Assembly (NCBI GenBank): GCA_963835065.1
Contig: CAWIEK010000039.1
Coordinates: forward strand, 61,244-125,243
Direction: 5' to 3'
DNA: 64,000 nucleotides
Source: an uncultured Chthonomonadaceae bacterium
GTDB taxonomy: Bacteria > Armatimonadota > Chthonomonadetes > Chthonomonadales > Chthonomonadaceae
Every line of letters begins with the position of its first letter. The first letter of the stretch is position 1. Below are positions 59,361-64,000 of the stretch, piece after piece. The notes beneath the pieces were generated by a model, which had not been told where the DNA came from, searched no databases, and saw only the letters and a program-made list of their open reading frames with translations. The translations under genes were made by a program, and so were the position numbers.

Positions 59361-60443
59361 ATGCGCTTGAATCAAATGTTTTCCGCACAGACGGGAAAGA
59401 TGCTCACCGGGTTGGCATTGGCGATGCTGGCGCTGGGAGGGTGCAGCAAGGAAGAACCCGCTTCGACCAATGCCACACCGCCGACCAAAACGGCGGACAA
59501 GGGTGGCGCGTCCACAACGCCTACGTCCAACGGCAAAAAGAAGATTTTGTTTGTGTTCAAAGTCGGCGGCATTTCGTACAGCACGGCCTGCAAAGCAGGC
59601 GCGGATCAGGCCAACGCGGACGGGAGTTTGAACGCCGAGGTGGACTATCAGGCGTCTTCGGAAGGCACGGCGGAAAAGCAGAACGACATCATCGAGCAGG
59701 CGATTGTGTCGAAAGTGGACGCGATTGTCGTGTCGCCCGTAGACGCCAACGCGATTATTCCCGTGCTGAACAAGGCGACGGACGCGGGTATCAAAGTGTT
59801 TACGTGGGACGCGGACTCGCCCGGCAGCAAGCGCCTGTTTTACTTCGCGGCTGTGGACGATGTGCAGATTGGAGCGGATGTGGCGGACGCGCTTGCCCGG
59901 TCCATTGACGCGAAGGGCAAAGTGCTGCTCGTCAGCGGACACCAGACGGCGGAAAACCTCAACCTGCACATCAAAGGCATGGAAGAGGGTTTTAAGAAGT
60001 ACCCCAACATCAAAGTGGTCACGCCCACCATTTACAACGACGACGATCTGAATCAGGCGAAATCCAAAACCCTGACCGCGCTTCAGGCCGACAACGATGT
60101 GGTTGGCATCGCCTGCGCCAATTCCGTCAGTCCGCACGGCGCGGGCGAAGCGGTTAAAACGGCGGGCAAAGTCGGCAAGATCAAGGTGTGGGGATTGGGC
60201 TTGCCGAGCGAAAACAAGACGTATCTGCAGGACGGCTCCGTGACCGGCCTGTACCTGTGGGACCCGCAAAAACTAACCTACATCACGGCCAAAATGGTGC
60301 GGGCGGCTCTGGACGGCAAAATGCCCTCGGATGGCGATACCATTGAGGGCACAGACGGCAAAGTTCAGGTCAAAGGCCAGATCGTCACGCTCCCCCTGCG
60401 TCTGGAAATCAACAAAGACAACGTGGATAGCATGACGTTTTAG
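59361..60443 (+). CDS. Sugar ABC transporter substrate-binding lipoprotein (RhaS/LsrB-like)
   Basis: Lipobox LGGC; Q..IIEQAI..KVDAIVVSP, GIKVFTWDAD, GLGLPS and LWDP motifs. Confidence 0.92.
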   Translation: MRLNQMFSAQTGKMLTGLALAMLALGGCSKEEPASTNATPPTKTADKGGASTTPTSNGKKKILFVFKVGGISYSTACKAGADQANADGSLNAEVDYQASSEGTAEKQNDIIEQAIVSKVDAIVVSPVDANAIIPVLNKATDAGIKVFTWDADSPGSKRLFYFAAVDDVQIGADVADALARSIDAKGKVLLVSGHQTAENLNLHIKGMEEGFKKYPNIKVVTPTIYNDDDLNQAKSKTLTALQADNDVVGIACANSVSPHGAGEAVKTAGKVGKIKVWGLGLPSENKTYLQDGSVTGLYLWDPQKLTYITAKMVRAALDGKMPSDGDTIEGTDGKVQVKGQIVTLPLRLEINKDNVDSMTF

Positions 60444-60444
60444 G

Positions 60445-60637
60445 AACCGCGAAACACGCGAACCAAGCGAAAAAGAATCAAAACACATACAAACCACGGA
60501 GGACACGGAGAACACGAAGAAATATGCACAGAGAGTACAACCCGTTGTGCCTATTCTCTTGCTAATCCCATAGCATCCTGCCTCATCTCCTTGGTCTTTG
60601 TGTTTTGCTGTTTGTTTGGTTCGCGTGTTTCGCGGTT
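60445..60637. repeat. Gene-less element with perfect 22-bp TIR containing a solo GxxExxY-type arm (60492-60520)
   Basis: AACCGCGAAACACGCGAACCAA / TTGGTTCGCGTGTTTCGCGGTT; inner AACCACGGAGGACACGGAGAACACG. Confidence 0.85.
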
Positions 60638-60709
60638 TCTCATTGCGTTTTTCTGCCGAGTATAGGGTATCAAGACACCTGCAAAGGTGTACTGGTGTAG
60701 AGGAGAATA

Positions 60710-62538
60710 ATGGCACAATTCTTTCCGTCTCTTGAACAAATAAAGCGATTCAAAGTTCAGCCTACTGAGGGTGAAGAGCAACTGCTTAAGTTTTTAAGCC
60801 AGTCATTGGATAATTCCTACGAGGTATACTTCCAACCATTTCTTAACGGCGATAGGCCGGATATCGTGATTATGCGTAAAGATTATGGAGTTCTCATCAT
60901 TGAAGTAAAGGATTGGAATTTGAACTATTACTACACTGATGAGAGCAACAAGTGGAGATTACAGAAGAACAATGCAGCCGTTAAGTCTCCTGTGGAGCAA
61001 GTGAAAGCCTATAAAGACAATCTATACAATTTACATATCGATGGGTTGCTAGAATTGACACAACGGAAATCCAACTACTACGCGATGATTGGGTGCGCTA
61101 TCTACTTCCATTGTCACAATGAACAGGATGCTTTAGAACGGTGTAGTCTGAGAGCTTCAGAAGCCAATCATATTTCTATTATTGGCAACGATTCGTTGAA
61201 CCCTCTAAACTTTGGGAAAGTGCTTGAAAAGTGCCATTTACGTGAAGAGTCATGGTACTTTAGTAAGGAACTCTATGATTGCTTTAAGGCCCTTCTTAGC
61301 CCAACTATGCACATTAGAGAGGATGGCAAAGAGATTGGGTACAATCCCAAACAGAAGGTTTTAATCCGAAGCCGCGCTGGAGAACAGAAGATCATAGGAG
61401 TCGCTGGCTCTGGAAAGACCCGAGTCTTAGCAAAGCGAGCAGTTGAGGCTCACAAAAGAACCCAAGATAGAGTGCTGATTCTCACATATAACATCACACT
61501 CAGGAATTACATACATGACAGAATCAGCGAAGTGAGGGAAGATTTTCAATGGGACGCGTTCTACATCATGCACTATCATCAGTTCTTTAAAGTAGAGGCC
61601 AACAACCATAACTTAAAGACACATGAGCAAAGTTACGATAACTTCAACTTCTTTGCTGACGTGCAACAGGAAACTACCAAGTATAATTCTGTCTTCATAG
61701 ATGAAGTTCAAGATTACAAAAAACTTGGCTTCAGATCATCAAAAAATACTTTCTAGCTCCAAGCGGAGAGTTCGTAGTATTTGGCGATGAAAAGCAAAAC
61801 ATTTACAACCGCGATTTAGGAGAGGGCAAACGGCCAGAAACAACAATACGTGGAGGATGGAACGAACTAACAGAGTCGTTCAGACTGAGCAAAAAGATTA
61901 CGGCTTTGGCGTCTGCCTATCAGTCCTACTTCTTTCAGAATAAGTACAACAGCGATACCATTGACGCTAACGAAGAAATGGAGTTTGAAGACCCTCCGTA
62001 TGATGAATATATAGAACTGCCAAATGCAGACAGCACAGAGTTGTTCAACATTATACAGAGCAGAATTACGAATCTTAAAATTCCTCCTAATGATGTCACT
62101 GTCTTGTCCCATGCCTACGAACAACTTAGGGAAATAGATTTTCTAGTCAGGCAAACTGGCAGAAAAACCATGACAACTTTTGAGTCCCAAGAGGTTCATG
62201 AAAACTTGGAACAGCAGTGTGAACAAGGCAAGTTGAGCAAAGAGCAAGTCGAAGAAAAAACAGTCGCTCTAAGAAGAAGCAAGAAGTTTAACTTCTGGGC
62301 CAACCGAGGTGTGATGAAGCTCTCGACTATTCACAGTTTCAAAGGTTGGGAAGTGCATACTCTGTTTCTCATCATTCTGAACGACCCTCCTGCAAATGAA
62401 AAAGAACACGAGTTTCCGTCTGAGGAACTAATCTATACTGCCATTACACGCTGCAGGCACAATTTGATAGTGATAAATTTGGGTAATGAACTGTACCAAC
62501 AGTTCTTCGCCAAGCACATGACTTTGCTTCAATCTTGA
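60710..62538 (+). CDS. NERD nuclease + UvrD-like SF1 helicase fusion (frameshift in A-run ~61720)
   Basis: PDIV...IEVKDW...SPVEQ; GVAGSGKT; IDEVQD; shifted frame FGDEKQNIY, SFRL; TIHSFKGWE; YTAITR; visibly AT-rich. Confidence 0.9.
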
Positions 62539-62640
62539 AATTGTAGTTACAAGTAACTCAACCATCCACTACAAAAGACAGTGCCTCGCCTGTTCTCCTC
62601 GTGTTCAGGACTTTGCTGTAGAGTTCCTGCGCGTTGAGGT

Positions 62641-63945
62641 TCAAGTATCTGAATCTTCATCTGCGCCATCGAATGCAAACTCGTCCGGGGTGGTTTCCGG
62701 GGGCGGGACTTCGTTCATCGAGTGCATTTGTTCGCGCAGTAAGTGGCACTGTTCCGTGACAACGGTTTCCATGTTGGCTCTGGCGGGGTTGCTGATCCAG
62801 CGCATCATGGAGGACAGGAACAGTTCTTTGAGATACGCGAAGGAAAAGCCGTCCGTCAGGCTGGCGAAATCGGCAAGCGCGGGTTCGGGCAGGCGGAGTT
62901 CGGGTTCTACCGTGTCGTTCCACGCCTTGATGTAGGCCTGGCGCTCCGCCTGTTCCGGCAGGTCGAAGTGGTATTTGCGGTCGAAGCGGCTTGGCCGATT
63001 GACAAGGGCGGGGTCTAATCGTTCCGGGTGGTTGGTGGTCGCCAGCACGACAATGCCCGTATTCGTGGCAAAGCCGTCGAGTTCGTTGAGGAAAAACGAG
63101 CGGTTTTTGTCGTTGATGAGCGAGTCCAGGTCTTCCATCACGAGGATACAGGGCGTTGTCTGCCGGGCGCGTTCAAAAACGGCCTGAATGTTGCTCTGAT
63201 CGGTGCGATAGGGAGCCTTGAAACTCTTTACGTACAGGCAGGGAACGCCGAGCCAGTTGATGAGCGATTTGACCGTATGCGTTTTGCCGTTGCCGGGCGG
63301 TCCGATGAGCAAAACGCCGCGCTTCCAGGGGATTCGGTACTGCTCGTAAACGTCGCGGGACGCGAAGAACTGCGCGAAATCGTCCTGTATCTCCTGTTTC
63401 AAGCGGGCAGGCAGGATGAGATTGTCAAAGGTGGCGTTCTTGATGGCCTTGAAAAGCCGTTCGTCTTTGTACCAGCGCCCGTTATCGTAAACCAGCACTT
63501 CGCCGCGCACTTCCGCTGACCACTCGCACACCCGCAAGTAAAATTCATGGGCGAGGGACTTGGTATCCGCAATGATCCAGTAGTTTTTGTTTTTACAACT
63601 TCCCTCGTACCAGCTTGCGAGAACGACCTGCAAGATTTCTCCCTGATACGTAACCTCATACCAGGCGTTTTCCGCCCCTTCCGCCAATCCGTACCCCAAT
63701 CCCCGAAACGACAGGATGAAATGCTGCAAAATGTCGGAAAGCAGATGAGCTTTGCAGTGCCCACCGGCAACAAACTCCTCCAGGTCGAATGAATACTCGC
63801 TGCCCTGCGCCACATATCTGTCAGGATGCAGCGCCGTCAACTGCCGGGTGATAAAGTAGCCTTTGAAGTCCAGCGGCTGTACCAGTCCATCTGCCAGCAA
63901 GTTATCCATGCGGCTAAAGTCTACAGGGGTAAGTTGAATTTCCAT
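62641..63945 (-). CDS. AAA+ ATPase (BCS1/FtsH-like ATPase module without a protease domain)
   Basis: KRGVLLIGPPGNGKT, MEDLD, LNELDG and TTNHPERLDPALVNRPSRFD motifs. Confidence 0.93.
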   Translation of the reverse strand: MEIQLTPVDFSRMDNLLADGLVQPLDFKGYFITRQLTALHPDRYVAQGSEYSFDLEEFVAGGHCKAHLLSDILQHFILSFRGLGYGLAEGAENAWYEVTYQGEILQVVLASWYEGSCKNKNYWIIADTKSLAHEFYLRVCEWSAEVRGEVLVYDNGRWYKDERLFKAIKNATFDNLILPARLKQEIQDDFAQFFASRDVYEQYRIPWKRGVLLIGPPGNGKTHTVKSLINWLGVPCLYVKSFKAPYRTDQSNIQAVFERARQTTPCILVMEDLDSLINDKNRSFFLNELDGFATNTGIVVLATTNHPERLDPALVNRPSRFDRKYHFDLPEQAERQAYIKAWNDTVEPELRLPEPALADFASLTDGFSFAYLKELFLSSMMRWISNPARANMETVVTEQCHLLREQMHSMNEVPPPETTPDEFAFDGADEDSDT

Positions 63946-64000
63946 AATTCTCTTTTCGCAAACAGCCTGCCGAATGCTAAACAATCAGGACAACCCCATT

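Noticed and set aside
2592..60637. Tandem repeats as CRISPR arrays
   Set aside because: Units are 7-10 nt with no unique spacers, and no cas genes are present
8900..62538. Programmed frameshifting or true pseudogenisation in UPF0182, vWA, DUF1549, aminotransferase and NERD-helicase
   Set aside because: Single-base shifts are scattered through unrelated, otherwise intact genes with no shared slippery motif; sequencing indels are the simpler explanation, though this cannot be settled without reads
21044..62538. A single defence island or prophage
   Set aside because: Conflict genes are interspersed singly among housekeeping genes; no phage structural, integrase or reverse transcriptase genes

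Overview
Chromosomal window from a moderately GC-rich bacterium. Gene content (DUF1559-type prepilin, DUF1501/DUF1549 proteins, CRTAC1/TPR clusters, large lineage-specific secreted proteins) suggests Armatimonadota, which is an inference. It holds about 45 genes: housekeeping/metabolic (sodA, fdhD, rel, class-III aminotransferase, sugar-binding lipoprotein), envelope/secreted proteins, and scattered conflict-type modules (PIN TA, Uma2, AAA ATPase + DUF3226-like, orphan adenine methylase, zeta-toxin-like kinase, NERD-helicase, HTH + vWA). I saw no rRNA, tRNA, CRISPR array or intact transposase. Many genes have single-base frameshifts, most simply explained by sequencing indels. The most striking unexplained structure is a family of short-period tandem-repeat elements. 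A GxxExxY (PD-(D/E)XK-like) gene sits inside a 516-bp cassette with perfect 29-bp terminal inverted repeats built of 9-mers, and gene-less, sometimes nested relatives lie just after stop codons elsewhere in the window. A parallel family of 7-mer arrays forms intergenic hairpins and in-frame insertions inside proteins. Other highlights are a textbook sigma70 promoter with a perfect 28-bp palindrome before the HTH-vWA operon, and a 33-bp inverted repeat pair before the sugar-binding protein. All family assignments come from motif recognition by eye, not database searches.
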